From NCBI GenBank assembly GCA_965153455.1, contig OZ234494.1, positions 11,594,001 to 11,658,000 on the forward strand: a stretch of DNA of 64,000 nt. Direction: 5' to 3'. The first letter of the stretch is position 1. The number at the start of each line of letters is the position of its first letter. The notes under the pieces were generated by a model. The model was not told the DNA's origin. It worked only from the letters and a program-made list of their open reading frames with translations, and made no database searches. A program made the position numbers and the translations under genes. This document shows positions 62,782-64,000 of the stretch, piece by piece. The DNA comes from Sphagnum compactum (lineage: Eukaryota).

Positions 62782-64000
62782 TAAAGTAATATTTTTTGCA
62801 TCACTTTTTAAACTTAAATGGGGAGGAGACAATTAAACTAAACCTAGTATTCTTTCAAACCTTGCTTCAAATATTTATGTACTAGTGACATTTTGGTTAT
62901 CCATGACTAGAATTTTAAGAAGTCTTTTAAGATGAAAAATAAATAAATAAGCAACTTCATAACAACAATTTTGGGGCAGGTATAGTTTTTAAAAAGTATT
63001 TTCTAATATAGAAAAATTGGCATTGTTTCCCCCAATAAATGAAAAGATAGTCAAATTTAAACTAGGAAAACGAAAAAAAACCCTTTTGCTAGAAAAATGA
63101 CACAATTTGTTGAAAAAAAAGACTCCTTCTACTTCTCAGTATTTTAAATTATTTGAAATAATGTTTTATAGACTTTGAATATTCACCTTTCAATCTTGGA
63201 TGAATTAATGTTTTTTGCCCACATGTATTCGCCACTTTCCCATTAAAGGAAATGGCTACCCATATATAGGTATCAAAATTAATACCTGCCTATCAATTTT
63301 TCAAAAAAAAATTTAATTTTTTTGTGTCATGTTGCCACATTGGTAATCATCCATAAGGAGATTAAGCCATGTTTGGCTATAGACTAGCTATGAAATTATA
63401 AATTTATTAAAATAATTTTATATGTTGGCTACTTGCTTGTGAAGAAACATGGTGATTTCTTTTCGTTTATTTATAAAAAGAGGGAATATTTGACAAAATA
63501 TTATTTTTTGAAATTTTTTGGCCAATTGGCAAAAATCAGCCAAAAAGTAAAAATTCTGCTGCCTATGAGATTTGATTTCCATTGCAGGATTTTTGTAAGT
63601 TAATTTTTTATCCCAGTTATTCAAATGTTTGCATCAATTTGATTTCCTTGGCTCCATTGCTGAAAACAACACATTCTATAAATCTCGTCCATTGAACTCT
63701 CCATTTTGATGCCATCAAGTTGGATGAATCCGCCAATGAGAAAATGTGTCATGTCCACACACCATCCATCCATGGTGGGTGCTCGTTCACTCTGGCGGCC
63801 ACACAACAACAAAACACTTTCATCCACCTTGGCATAATGGTACATCATTTTTGGTTTAATTTAATTTATCAATATAGAATTTGGGTTAGTTTCCAAGTGA
63901 ACCTTTGTGATCCAAATCAAGGACCCATTGTTTTTGTGTTCCAAATTGTGAAAAATCCCTCTCAATGAAAAACTCTTGCCAAAATTTCTTTAATTCCTTA

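Overview
Eukaryotic, AT-rich land-plant nuclear DNA, with spliceosomal introns and Arabidopsis-type TTTAGGG motifs. The repeat landscape looks bryophyte/peat-moss-like, but that is my inference only. Four intact genes form two convergent pairs: a single-exon DUF1677 gene (+, 10958-11575) facing a 6-exon P4-ATPase/ALA lipid flippase (-, 20074-14498), and a 2-exon NOSIP/CSU1-like RING protein (+, 40491-41655) facing a 6-exon NPR-family BTB/ankyrin protein (-, 45655-42329). The NPR model needs a GC-AG intron to restore the conserved alignment. The rest is mostly transposon debris: a Ty3/gypsy gag relic, a decayed PIF/Harbinger element, a CRE-like restriction-endonuclease non-LTR relic, a hAT transposase relic, an L1-like LINE, several MITEs with recognisable TIRs/TSDs (Tourist, hAT, MULE), a 131-bp mini-Helitron and several minisatellites. 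The most unusual item is the Harbinger transposase gene, whose 1.28-kb intron is almost entirely degenerate telomeric repeat. I cannot demonstrate a wholly new biological system from sequence alone; the findings are leads to test.
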